A DNA stretch of 63,192 nucleotides, the filler included, from Octopus bimaculoides (Eukaryota): the NCBI RefSeq assembly GCF_001194135.2. It is 6 parts of 6 records of this genome, joined end to end, with 100 filler letters (N's around TTAATTAATTAA, not from the genome) between each part and the next. Parts side by side here need not be neighbours in the genome. Positions count along the whole stretch, not along the records: positions 24,692 to 44,518 come from NC_068992.1; 5 more parts are not named here. One strand, given 5' to 3'. Shown in pieces: positions 29,041 through 40,848 of the stretch; position 1 is the stretch's first letter; every line of letters starts with the position of its first letter. Below the pieces are notes generated by a model that did no database searches, was not told the DNA's origin, and saw nothing but the letters and a program-made list of their open reading frames with translations. Made by a program: the position numbers and the translations under genes.

Positions 29041-29111
29041 AACAAACTATACCGTGGCAGTTTGGTTCTTATGGTCAAACTGTCGTATCTCCAGTTGCTT
29101 CAGATGCCAAG
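29041..29111 (+). CDS. Candidate small exon, unknown product
   Basis: GTTGTTTTGTTAG acceptor, CAAG|GTATGA donor; all three frames open (e.g. QTIPWQFGSYGQTVVSPVASDAK). Confidence 0.25.
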
Positions 29112-29800
29112 GTATGAAAATTGTCAAAGTGCAGTACACCAGTTTTGCTAAGGAATGGTGAAACTATTTTTCCATTTTCTGAAAAAGCAATGTTTTGAAC
29201 TTACAACATTTTTGCATAATACCAACGCTATATATATATATACACACACACACAAGTACACACACACATATGTATATACACAAGAAATTTTAAGTAAAGA
29301 CTTCTTCCAGCTTTTATCCACTCATTACTTACATACACCTGATTCAAAAGTAACCCCCACCCTACCAAAATATTGCCACTCAACCCACTGGTAGGGTGTT
29401 TTGCTCACACCTGGAAAAAAAAAAACACTAGCCTAGGCCCTTTTAATGAATATTTATTGTAATTTTTATTTTACTTTCATAAATTATATACTAACATATC
29501 ACATCCTTGTTAATATAAGAATATTTTCATATTGACTTGCACAGGTACAGGCATTGCTGTGTATTTTAAGTAAATATTTTGGTATCACGTGGTTCCAGGT
29601 TTGATATACTCCTGTCTGGCAAGTGGGCAAATGTCATTTATTGTAGCCTTAAGTTGACCTATATATANNNNNNNNNNATAAATTAAATATACTAGTATAT
29701 GTATGTATATGTATAATTTCATTAATATTTAGCAGAAGTAACAGAATGACTCAATATCTGACAGTTTCGTGTGTTGGCACTTAGGGAACCTATGTATGTA

Positions 29801-29836
<36 letters not shown>

Positions 29837-30398
29837 GTGCATGTATATGTGTGGGTGCATATGTGTGTGTATAGATATACATATACACATGCCCACGTGT
29901 TGGAGAAGCTTCTGGACATATAGAGTTATGTGCTTGCATGTGTGGTTATGTGTGTGTACAAGTTCATGTGTGTGTGTCTGCATGTCTGGGTTTATATTTA
30001 CAGTTTAAAACCTGTTGTAGCTGATGTTAGCTTTCCTTTTATGCTCTATAACTGAGCAAATAGAGATCTATAAAATAAATACCAGACTGAAATATATAGG
30101 GGCAGCTAGACCTATTTAAAGGGTTTATTCACCCTTTATTCATTTCACATGGGTGCTGATTATGGCTAGAGCCAGTAAAAGGAGAAAGAAACAAAATGAT
30201 AGAAAGTATATACTTACAAACATACATACATACACACACACATACATACATACATGCATATAAGTAAATATATATATATGTGTGTGTAAGTGTGTATACA
30301 TACACACACATACATATGTATGTCCAACGCATGTCTGCATGGACAATGGATGTTAAATGATGATGGTGATATATTTATAAATACACATACATATACAT

Positions 30399-30433
<35 letters not shown>

Positions 30434-30959
30434 CATGGGGAGAGAGAGAGAGAGAGAAAGATTGATAGATAAAGAGACATCCATACATGTGTATGTGTAT
30501 GAACTGAAATGTGTACACATATATTTCTGTATATAAGTGTATACTGGGGTGGTTGAGTTACTTTGCACGCTCTTTCACATACACACACTTAACAAACACA
30601 CGCATATTGAAAATAATACCATTTATTATAAATATATTCTGTAATTGGGACACCTTGTTTGCAGGCTGTTGCTGTTGTAGCTGTTACATCTGGTGTAGTA
30701 GTGGTGGTGGTGGTGGTAGTAGAAGTTGGTGGTTGTGGTAGTAGTTGTAGTACTAAGTGGTGGTGATGTTGGTTGTGGTAGTGGTGGTGGTAGTAGTAAT
30801 AGTCATAGTTTTGGTGATGGTAGTGGTGTTTTGATGGTGTTGGTAGTAATTTTTGTGTTGTTTTTAGTAAAGGTAGTGATTGTGGTCATGGTGGTGGTAG
30901 TAGTAGTAGTATTAGTACTAATGGTAGTAGATTTTGTTTTCTCTTCCGCTATGCTGGTG

Positions 30960-31007
<48 letters not shown>

Positions 31008-31324
31008 CCTCAGTATTATGTTAATGGCAGTGAAGTGTGAAAAGCAGAAGAGTATAGAGGACCTTATTATATCTTGTAGTATCTAGTTTCTTCTCTGGGC
31101 ATTCAAGTAACTACCGGTTATGTAATGATGTAAGTCTAATCAGCTCTATCTTCCCCCTTTCCTTTCCTAATTTTATAAGATTTCAAAGACTGAAGAAGGA
31201 TACCACTCTCCCCTTTGGTCAAGCCCTCATCAACTTCTTTAAGATCGACTCGGAGGGAAAGATGAGGGGAGAAGAGACAAGGGCTGTCCTCCAGTGAGAG
31301 TTTGAGGGGGATTGCAGGTAAAGG

Positions 31325-31601
31325 GACCTATTCTCACCATGTGCCTATATACCAGGGGACACTGCTTGAAAGCCCTTGGTACTCATATTAAACCTAAGTG
31401 TGTTGGGTTCCTTGATTTGGCCCTGGGTATGTTTCCCTATTGGGACATTCAATTTCAAAAATGACCTATTCTCACAATGTGCCTATATGCCAGGGAATAC
31501 TGCTTGAGAGTGTACAAGCCCTTGGTGGTCATATTAAACCTAAATCTGTTGGGTCCCTTGATTGACCATGAGTATGTTTCCCTATTGGGACATTTCAATT
31601 C
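31325..31601. repeat. Two-copy tandem repeat, ~138-bp unit
   Basis: GACCTATTCTCAC...GTATGTTTCCCTATTGGGACATT at 31325 and again at 31463, with substitutions and a short indel. Confidence 0.92.
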
Positions 31602-31949
31602 ATTTATATATATCTAATTTCCACACTCGTATATTTTTGGCAAAATTAATCCTGCACAAATACCCAATATTTTTGAAATTTTGGAATTACAAGTTTTTGA
31701 AACTTATAATATCCTCCTATCCATTACCTGATATGTAGCAATATTTGTTCAGGCTAAGGCGGTGAGCTGGCAGCGACCACACTCGAATGGTGCTTTTTAT
31801 GTGCCACAGCACTGGACCAGTCAGGTGGCACTGGTATCAACCACACTTGAATGGTGCTTTTTACGTGCCACCAGCATGGATGCCAATCAGGCGGTACTAT
31901 ATATGTATGTATGCATGTATGTGTGCACGCACGCATGTGTGTGTGTGTA

Positions 31950-32170
31950 TATGAGGGAGTGCTGAAATGCTCCTGGCTTTAAGGGTGTTGCAAAAGGCCT
32001 GGTAGGAGGCCCAACCTTCCGAGTTCTTTTACAGGGCTTAGAAAAACTGAAGGACTGTTGCTTTTACTGTGTGAATTTGAGAGGGAAATATGTTGAATGA
32101 AATTATAATTAACTGATCCTCCTGTATTTTCTTTTACCCAAAGCCAGAAACTTTTCAGCTACCCCTCATA
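31950..32170 (+). mobile_element. Mariner-derived MITE (about 220 bp)
   Basis: TIRs TATGAGGGAGTGCTGAAATGCTCCTGGCTTT / AAAGCCAGAAACTTTTCAGCTACCCCTCATA in TA context; internal LQGLEKLKDCC..CVNLRGKYVE* resembles the mariner transposase C-terminus. Confidence 0.9.
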
Positions 32171-33235
32171 TATATATATCGTTTAACGTCCGCTTTCCAT
32201 GCTAGCATGGGTTATATATATATATATATATATATATAATGTATCTTTGTGTGTGGATGTGTTTGTGTATCTTTCTATATACTTATTTCTTTTCACTGTG
32301 ATTTCTATTACTCTTTGCAGCCCCACTTAATGCACTGCTCTCCCACCACCACCACCACTGTTTTGTGTTGTTTGTCATTGCAATGCTACCCATCATACCA
32401 CCCCATCAGCAGTATCTTATAGACAAGAACTGTAGAGGAACCTGTCTGTTTGCATAATTAATGTAACTCCCGCTAGGTGTCATGGCTTGTTACTAAATAA
32501 AAGAAAAAGTAAGAAACTTGGCAGAATCATTAGAGTAGTGGACAAAATGCTTTGTGGTGTTTATTCAAGCTCTCTTTGATCTAAGTTCAAATCCTGCCAA
32601 GACTGACTTTACTGTTCATCCTTCCAGAGTCAATAAAATAAATAACCTATATAGTACTAAGGGCTCTAACCCATGACCCCAACATTTGTGACCTTGTACA
32701 TATGTTAGAAACCACCTCAATTCTGGGAAGAGGGTATTTTCAAGTTAAAGGAAAGATGGAGATGCATTATGCAACAAAATGGTTCATATTTGGTTGATTA
32801 GAAATGTAATGGCAAGTATTTATTGACCTTTTTCTTTCCTTTAAAAATTGGCATGAACTTTCTGGACAACCCAATACTTCATCTGAATGGAGCAGAAAGG
32901 ACTGAGTTAACTTCCAGCTACAGATTGGTTCCATCTTTGGTCTTTTGCCAACCACAACTATCTTGAAAAGGTCTCAGATGCCATGGTCATCTCTGGAGTG
33001 ACTTTCTTCTGTTATTTTTGTTCCAAGCCAAACTTTTTGCATGTACATGCATACATACAAACAAACACACACACATCCATAAGTACAGGCATACACACAC
33101 ATACATACAAACACACACATAACTACATACATAAAAGCACACACACATACATGCATGCATACACACATAAATACATACATATATGCATACATACTTGCAA
33201 ATACATTTATTTATTTATTTATTTATGTGTTTCAG

Positions 33236-33537
33236 CCAAATACCAGCAAACATCAACAAACAGATAGTGAGAAGCTGCAGTCCTGGGTCAAATAAGGACC
33301 AAGGAAACAGGATGCCTGGCATCTGGAATGTACTTTACCTGTCAGACATTGCAGCCAGTGGTAGACATATCAATCTTTGCATTCTACAGAAGGTCAGCGG
33401 GGAGCAAGAACCATGACATTCTTGAAGCGACTCTAAGAGTTGATAAAGAACAACGAAATGATCCAATCTGGAGAACTTTCAGCTCAGTGACCATGGACAA
33501 TATCCAGGAATTCCTGGACTGGTGGTGCCAACCAGGA
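33236..33537 (+). CDS. Candidate exon of an unidentified gene (partly coding)
   Basis: TTTATGTGTTTCAG acceptor and GA|GTGAGT donor; high-complexity non-repeat sequence. One frame is open from 33271 to the donor (...MYFTCQTLQPVV...TMDNIQEFLDWWCQPG), and there is an ACCATGG at 33490-33496. No family recognised. Confidence 0.35.
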
Positions 33538-34577
33538 GTGAGTGTGGGGTTGGAGTGGGCAGAAGCGGGATTATTAATGAGAACGAATTAATTGAACGAG
33601 TAGAATCAGTTGAAAGCAGACAAAATGAAATGACGTATGATCTTCAGTTGAGTCTCTTTGCAGTCTGTGTTCAAATCCCGCCAAGATTAATTCTGCCTTT
33701 CATCTTTCCGCGTTCCAGGGCCAATAAAATTACAGTAGCAGTTAACGACTACTCGCTGTCCTCTCCCTTCCAAAATATATGCCATTGTGTGTATCTTAAG
33801 AAATTATTATTAAAATTGTTTTCCATATTTTTATTAGGGCGTGTTCGTTCTTGTTTGTCATAAAACACAGCTGTCCCCACCTCCCCATGCACTGTTCTTT
33901 TTTAACTCCCCCCTCCACACAACAACATCATCCTCGCCATCACTCCCACCACCACGACAGTACACTATCAGACTCCATGCACCACCTCCACCACTTCCTC
34001 TAGACCCTCCTCCTCCTCCCACCACCACCACCATCACTACTACCAACAACAAAAACAACCCCTTTCTACCACCATCACTATGACAGAACGACAGACAGCG
34101 CTGCCAGCAACAACATCAACAACAAGTCTGTGAGCAGCCAGTGTTACATGTACTCTAAATATATAAGAGGTGGGGGGAAGTAAGAGTCAACGAACTGAAG
34201 CCGTACAGGGGCGGCGACGGCGGCTGGGTTAAAGGATAAGGGTAGGGGTGACAGAAGTGGTGTGTTCTAATCTATCTTTTTTTCCTTCTTTGTTCTTATG
34301 TGTATGTGTATGTATGTGTGCATATATGTATGTATATATGTATGTATGTGTGTGTATATATATATATATTATGTATGTATATGAATGCATTCATGCATAT
34401 GTATGTGTATATCAACATCATCATCATCGTTTAACGTCCGCTTTCCATGCTAGCATGGGTTGGACGACATACATATATATATGTATGTATATATATATGT
34501 GTCTGTGTGTGTATGCATGTGTATATATGTGCACATATGTATGTATATGTCTGTACATGTATATATATATAAGTGTG

Positions 34578-34615
<38 letters not shown>

Positions 34616-35534
34616 CATATGCATGTATGTATATATATTTATATATGTATGTGCATTTGCATTATGTATGTATCTACATATGCATGTGTACATGTATGTG
34701 CATATAAATATTAGGACAGATTTGCAGAATTGGTCCTACATCAGACAAAATGCCTTGCAGTCTACAGTTTCACTCCTTTTGCATTCTGAGTTCAAATCCT
34801 GGTGAGGTCTAATCTACCTTTTATTTTTCCAGGGTTGATGTGGATAAAGTTAATTACCAATCACTAGTACCTATATAATCAATTATATCCTCTCCCATTC
34901 AAATATGAGATTATGTGGTGATGTTACAAATAATTATATGTAAAATGCCAAAATATTTGTGTGCACTAATGTACTTTAATGTTTATATTTACATTGGTGT
35001 TAGTTTTGTAGAATTTGTAGAACGGTGGACCAAATTCCTTACAGCATTTAGTTTTGGTTCTTTATGTTCTGAGTTCAAATTTCACCATGAGCAACTTTAC
35101 TTTTTAATTATTTCAAGATTAATGCAATAATTAAGAGTCAAGTATCATGGTTGATCTAATTGCCAAGCCACTCCCCAAATTTTGTAACATTCTGTTAGAT
35201 ATAAAGTTATTATTAAAGTGGCAGACTTAGTAAAGTATCAGACAAAACGGTTTGTGCTAATTAATGGCAGTCCTTTATACTGAGTTCAAATCTCAATGAG
35301 GTCAATTTTGTCTGAACTTTCAAAGGTCAATAAAATAGGCACCAACAGAATCTTGGAGTTGACATAATTGACTATTCAAAACCTGACAAATTTGTAGTTT
35401 TGTGGCTCTAGTAGAAATTATTATTAGTGAGGCATGGCTTTACCATAATCATATTGGGACATACTGACTTTGTTTCAGTTAATTTTTAAAATTATGAAGA
35501 ACTTATTAAAATAACTTTACCATTATTAAACTGG

Positions 35535-35712
35535 AATGAGGAACTGATTGAGAAAGTTTGACAAATAATCATGGAAGACCATCATATAACAACCCAGGAA
35601 ATTGCTCACAAAGTGTGAATAAGAACAGGATTGGTGCATTCTATTTTGTGCATGCAAAGAGTGTCAGTGAAATTCATCCCCAAAGTGCTGGTGGAGCAGC
35701 AGAAGGACATAT
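35535..35712 (+). mobile_element. Mariner transposase fragment (second HTH to WVP linker), degenerate
   Basis: NEELIEKV*QIIMEDHHITTQEIAHKV*IRTGLVHSIL-CMQRVSVKFIPKVLVEQQK matches mariner ...EDRRITxREIAExVGISxGSVHxIL...MRKVSAKWVPKLLTxEQK. Confidence 0.85.
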
Positions 35713-35724
35713 TGAATTAAACAA

Positions 35725-36077
35725 ACCATCGTTACCAGCGTCGCCTTCCTGGCACTTGTGCCAGTGGCACGTGAAAAGTCATTTGAGCGAGATCGTTACC
35801 AGTGCCGCTGGACTGGCTCCTGTGCAGGTGGCACATAAAATACACCATTTTGAGCATGGCCTTTGCGAGTACCGCCTGACTGGCCTTCGTGCCAGTGGCA
35901 TGTAAAAGCACCCACTACACTCTCAGAGTGGTTGGCATTAGGAAGGACATCCAGCTGTAGAAACTCTGCCAGATCAGATTGGAGCCTGGCGTAGCCATCT
36001 GGTTCACCAGTCCTCAGTCAAATCGTCCAACCCATGGAAAGCGGACGTTAAACGATGATGATGATGATGATGATGAC
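35725..36077 (+). mobile_element. Octopus-type SINE family A (internal ~64-bp repeats + tail ending ...CGGACGTTAAACGATGATGAT)
   Basis: The tail GTGGTTGGCRTTAGGAAGG...CAACCCATGC...GACGTTAAA(CGATGAT)n recurs at 24692-24860(+), 28045-28195(+), 37465-37645(+), 32177-32213(-), 34415-34467(-), 40215-40255(+) and 63120-63192(+). The repeat region recurs at 31775-31900(-). Confidence 0.9.
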
Positions 36078-36239
36078 CTAGACTTTATGAAGAACATCAT
36101 CACTGATAATTAGACATGATTTTATGGTCTCTGCTCAATGCATTTGGTCATCTTGTGTAGAAATGTAAATCCAATGAGTGCACACTACATGTCTGTACTC
36201 TAGGTGTAACAGTTGGGAACTGACATAGCATACGAGTGC

Positions 36240-36360
36240 AAAAGTTTTCACGCATGCACAGGAAAGGTGGCCTCATCTTCCACCCAAAGTATTTTGCCCA
36301 CATGGCGTTAATTTTGGCAGGAAGAAATAAAGAAGGATACTTTTTGAACGCACCTCATAC
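36240..36360 (+). mobile_element. Mariner 3' end with TIR (different subfamily from the MITE)
   Basis: Ends in GATACTTTTTGAACGCACCTCATA, the reverse complement of a TA(C/T)GAGGTGCGTTCAAAAAGTATC-type TIR. A related left TIR remnant lies at about 57296-57325. Confidence 0.5.
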
Positions 36361-36859
36361 AGTTAATTTTATGGAATGCAGCCTTACCATCTGTGCAAGC
36401 TGTGCTCTAAATTCTGTTTATTTGTTGTTGTTTAGTTCTAGGTCAACTCTGATGAAGCAGATCTATGATCAGAAGGCATTCCAATCTTGACCATTCCATC
36501 AGTTTTGTTATTTCTATACGCTGTATCTAGGATCACAATATCAAGACCTCTCCCTTTTTTATAATATGGTCAATGACCATATAAGAGGCTTCCTTGTCTG
36601 TTTGTCTGTGGATTATGGTGGTGACTACAATGAAGAATACGTCTGTTTGAATGCAACAGCTGCCGTTCCTTTGCATTCATGCAGAACCGACTCGTTCACA
36701 TGCTTTTATGCTTGATATTTAGAGCGTCTCCATTCTTGATTGTCATAAAGCACAGCTGTTCCCGTCCTTGTATTCTTTGTGCTCCACCATAATTGTTCCA
36801 CCTATGATCACTTCTGGTATATCATATCCAAGACTGAGTTAATTAATACATATCAACCA

Positions 36860-37025
36860 ACTTTTCAGATGGAAGAGTAGTGTTTGAGGCAGAGTTGGAT
36901 ACTATTTTTAGCAGGTCAAACAACCATATACATTGATGTTACTGGTAGAGACACATAACATGAAACTGAGGATGTACCAAAGCTAATGGAGGATAAAGAT
37001 CTCTAGCACAGAATTGTGTTTAGTG
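36860..37025 (+). mobile_element. Degenerate RTE/RTEX-like LINE C-terminal end
   Basis: TIYIDVTGRDT*HETEDVPKLMEDKDL*HRIV resembles the TYIDQLxxDTG...LxxLMEDRxxWRxxV C-terminus. Confidence 0.55.
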
Positions 37026-37239
37026 TCTCAGTTGTGGTCACTTTAAGAGGAAAAATGTTGTGAAGCATTTGCTGTATTTTATCAGCTAGGTCATGTGGTC
37101 AGTGGAAAAATCAACTCTCACATTCCATAAAGGGTTTGTGGAGGATGTGAACAATAACAGCTGTTTAGATGTCGACTGGGCATTCAGTCTGTTTTGGTGA
37201 CTCTGCTTTTTGGCTCCGAAGACAAACACACACATGCAC

Positions 37240-37395
37240 AGGTGTGGCTGTGTGGTAAGAAGCTTGCTTCCCAACCACAGGGTTCTGGGTTCAGTCCCAC
37301 TGCATGGCACCTTGGGAAAGTGCTTCTACTGTTGCCTCAGGCTGATCAAAGCCTTGTGAGTAGATTTGCTAGACAGAAACTGAAAGAAGCTCATC
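37240..37395 (+). mobile_element. SINE family B 5' half
   Basis: GTGGCTGTGTGGTAAGAAGCTTGCTTCCCAACCAC...GGGTTCAGTCCCACTGC...GAAACTGAAAGAAGC. Confidence 0.9.
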
Positions 37396-38414
37396 ATCAT
37401 CATCATATATATATGGCACCCATATATATATGTATATATATATATATAGATAGATAGATATATGGCACCCATGCTGCTAGCATGTAAGAGTACCCATTAC
37501 ACTTTCAGAGTGATTGGTGTTAGGAAGAGCATAGAAAACCATGCCAAATCAGACTGGAGTCTGGTGCAGCCTTCCAGTTTACCAGCCCAGTCAAACCATC
37601 CAACCCATGCCAGCATGGACAACAGACGTTAAATGATGATGATGTTATGCACAGAAATTTGCATTGTATGCAAATTTTGTCTTTCTTTGCAAAGATTGTG
37701 TACACCCATGCAAGTAACCATGACTGAAATTACTTCATTTATAAAATCTCATTTCATCTTGAAAGCCATGTGTGTGTGTGCACATGCTTTTCCTTTCAAG
37801 TTGGAAAATGTGTGCATGTACTCAAGTGCCCAGCTAAGAGGGACCATTGACTCTTACGATGCCTTGTTAGAGTAAACTTTGGTGTGTCAGAGAGATTTGT
37901 GGTTGTGTGTGGAGTGCCCTAAACAACCCTCTTTGGTTACCGACTCCTATTTCAAGGATCATTTTTTTTTCTTATATTGTTGTTCTGCTTTATTATTTTT
38001 ATATATTTATTAATATCTTTATTTCTATTGTTGATCTCACCCTTTTACTCCTGTAAGCCCCTACCCACACACACCATTGTTTCTTGTTGTTTTATCTAGT
38101 ATTTCATCTTTCTATTACCCCAGCCTCCTTGCTCTAGAGTCTTGTGGACAATAGAAACATCGTTATTTTTATCATTTGTGCTTGCGGTAATGGAATTTAA
38201 GTGAAAACTGGATAATTTGTCATAGTAATTAAATAAAGACAAAAATAGCAACAACAGTGATAATAATAATAATAAATAACAACAACAAAGCTTGTAAACA
38301 TAACATCTGTTTGTGTGTGAATAAGTATGGAGGTAATTGTCTTCAAATATATTGATTCCATGGTCCAATGACTCTTTAACTCCACTCCCCTCTCTCCCTG
38401 TATGTATACACACA

Positions 38415-38464
<50 letters not shown>

Positions 38465-39904
38465 TACATACACAAGCACACACAGAGTTTATATTTCTTA
38501 TTTTAAATGCAGCTGGCACTTTAGGACACTCCCTTCGTTAACTATTGACTGGTGTTCACGACTTCAGCTCCTTTCAACAATATTGCTTTCCCTAGCAGTG
38601 TCAAAGCAGCATTGATGCAATCAAGGGATGTGCAGAGTCTTTTGGCCTTAGCTGTAGCATGCTTTACTCCTATTGTTCATTGTCATTACCTCACCAAACC
38701 CACATCAACTATTTTGTTTTGCTACATGCTGAAGGTTTTTTTTCTCTGCTCTCAGTTTTGACCTTTCTCTCATACACCTCTGTAACATCCATGATGAAAT
38801 ATTCTCTGGTACTTTCTGTAGTTCACAAATCCCTGCTTTATTATTCTATCTAAACCCAATACCACTTACATAATATGTTATGGACCTAGCTACAAATCCA
38901 AGACATGTCTCTCTACAGGAAGTTTTGTAAACTTTACTCTTCTCATGACTCTCTAAGTCCTTCACATTTCAGGCCTCCCCTTTCATGTGCTCACTCCATA
39001 TTGATTTTCCCAGGCACTATCAGTGCTACAATCATGATCTTATTTGTCAAGTCAGACCATGTCATTAGATCAGATCATTATTTCATTTGCTTCTCTGGGC
39101 ATCAACAAATTTAAATCTTGATATCTGGTAGCTGACAAGGTAGAAGTTTATCTACCATCCTTCCATCAACAACTTTGGCCACTTTTTTGAAACCAGTACC
39201 TCTACAACTTGCAGACATGCTTCTAAAATTTTAAAAAACCACCACAGCACCCACAACTTTTGGAAACATATTTTATGCTCAGTATTGTTGGAGCATGAAA
39301 AAGAACCAAAAACTTCTTATATCAATTGTTAACTGTCAGGACACTGCATTCTTCAAAAATTCCATGCTTCTAAAAATTCACCAATATGCCTATGCACCCC
39401 TTTCTCTCCATGGCTCTTCTGATAGTAATTTTTCTGTCTTTTTGTGTATTGTGAATGTACTTCTAGTTTTCATTGTCATCTTTCTTTACTTGGAGCTTAT
39501 ATTTCTATTTTCTGTCCCTTCATTTAACTTTTTCCAACGGGTTGCAGTGCACATGAACACTGTATATAATGAACTCATTATTATTTCAATTTTTTTTTAG
39601 TCATTCCTTTTTATTGCAATATTGCTTGGCGACACAAGAACTTCCTTCAAATCCACCTGTAGCTTTCAGTTATCATTAGCATCATTCAAAGATCTGTGAC
39701 TTCGGGGTTTCTACCTGCCTTTGTTCATACATCATCCTTTCTCATCTTATAGAAAAATAACTGACTGTAGCTTGGTGTTGCATATCCTCATCTCATTGCT
39801 GTACTGCTGCTTTAGTGCATTAGCATATATATATATATATATATATGTATGTATATAAGATTTGGATATGTTATCAAATATACACAGCTAGAGACCATTT
39901 GCAT

Positions 39905-40165
39905 GTTTCCTGAACAGAATCCAACAAACCAGTATACATTCAACATCATTCTGACGCCACTATTTCAGATTGGTTGAGGATGGGAGCAAATTGTACATCA
40001 ATCTCAGAAGGAACTGCAAACTGGGTAAATCCATTTTGCACAATATGCTCCACGATACTTCCTTTATTCAGCTGTTTTGAAAGCTGTCCTTTTGCAATGG
40101 CTTCCATTCCTAACTCTACTCTTTTCGTCACATTTTTGCTGTTCTTCTTTCATCTTGGTGAATTT
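39905..40165 (-). mobile_element. Fragment of an RLE-type (R2/NeSL/HERO-like) non-LTR retrotransposon, post-RT region
   Basis: Minus strand: WSILCKMDLPSLQFLLRLMYNLLPSSTNLK*W matches the W..(L/I)WxM...RISFLLRSxYDxLPSPxNLxxW block that precedes the CCHC finger. Upstream E-rich/KRVELG segment fits. Confidence 0.6.
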
Positions 40166-40257
40166 CTCTAGTCCTAATATCTTCATATATACTGCACATG
40201 TACACACACACACGTCTAACCCATGCCAACATGGAAAGCAGGTGTTAAATGGTGATA

Positions 40258-40592
40258 TACATGGCTCAGTGGTTAGAGCGTCAAGCTTACGATCATGAGG
40301 TTGTGAATTCGATTCCTGGACTGGGCTGTGTGTTGTGTTCTTGAGCAAGACACTTTATTTCACGTTGCTCCAGTTCACTCAGCTGTAGAAATGAATTGCG
40401 ACGTCACTGGTGCCAAGCTGTATCGGCCCCTTTGCCTTTCCCTTAGATAACATCGGTGGTGTGGAGAGGGGAGGCCGACATGCATGGGTGACTGCTGGTC
40501 TTCCATAAACAACTTTTGCCTGGACTTGTGCCTTGGAGGGTAACTTTCTAGGTGCAATCCTATGGTTATTCAAGACCGAAGTGGGTCACCCA
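40258..40592 (+). mobile_element. tRNA-derived SINE family D (single copy here)
   Basis: TGGCTCAGTGGTTAGAGCG (A box) ... GAATTCGATTCC (B box), followed by GTGTTGTGTTCTTGAGCAAGACACTT, a central-domain motif typical of CORE-like SINE bodies; no tRNA acceptor stem closure. Confidence 0.85.
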
Positions 40593-40619
40593 CACATACA
40601 TATTATAAACAATCTATCT

Positions 40620-40817
40620 AGCTATCTATCTATATCTATACACACACACACACACACATGAACAGATGCGTACATAAGCATGTGTGTGTGTGTGTGTGTG
40701 TGGCATGAGAGAGAGAGACAGACAGAGAATGGAAAAAGACAGACGAATAGATATATAGTAAGACAGAGAGTGAGGGTAACAGACAGATAGAAATATATAT
40801 ATGTGTGTAGGTGGGGG

Positions 40818-40848
<31 letters not shown>

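Noticed and set aside
31325-31601. CRISPR-like array (also the 64-bp units at 35725-35915)
   Set aside because: Contiguous diverged tandem units with no unique spacers, eukaryotic context, no cas genes.
33493-33537. IQEFLDWWCQ as PEX12 (FLQFLDWWY) or a hAT dimerisation motif
   Set aside because: Only 5 residues match and the flanking context does not fit either family; no gene symbol assigned.
35558-35905. 115-aa ORF
   Set aside because: Out-of-frame read of the mariner fragment running into SINE A.
37090-37196. Candidate exon VMWSVEKSTLTFHKGFVEDVNNNSCLDVDWAFSLF, phase-compatible with the 33.5-kb exon
   Set aside because: Weak donor (GTGACT) and no homology recognised; not distinguishable from chance without RNA data.
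39600-39830. Sola-like transposase remnant (minus strand LQVDLKEVLVSP)
   Set aside because: Too short and degenerate to support by eye.
40258-40330. tRNA gene (also the heads of SINE B and C copies)
   Set aside because: A/B boxes are present but there is no cloverleaf or acceptor stem, and the sequence continues into SINE body; these are tRNA-derived SINE heads.
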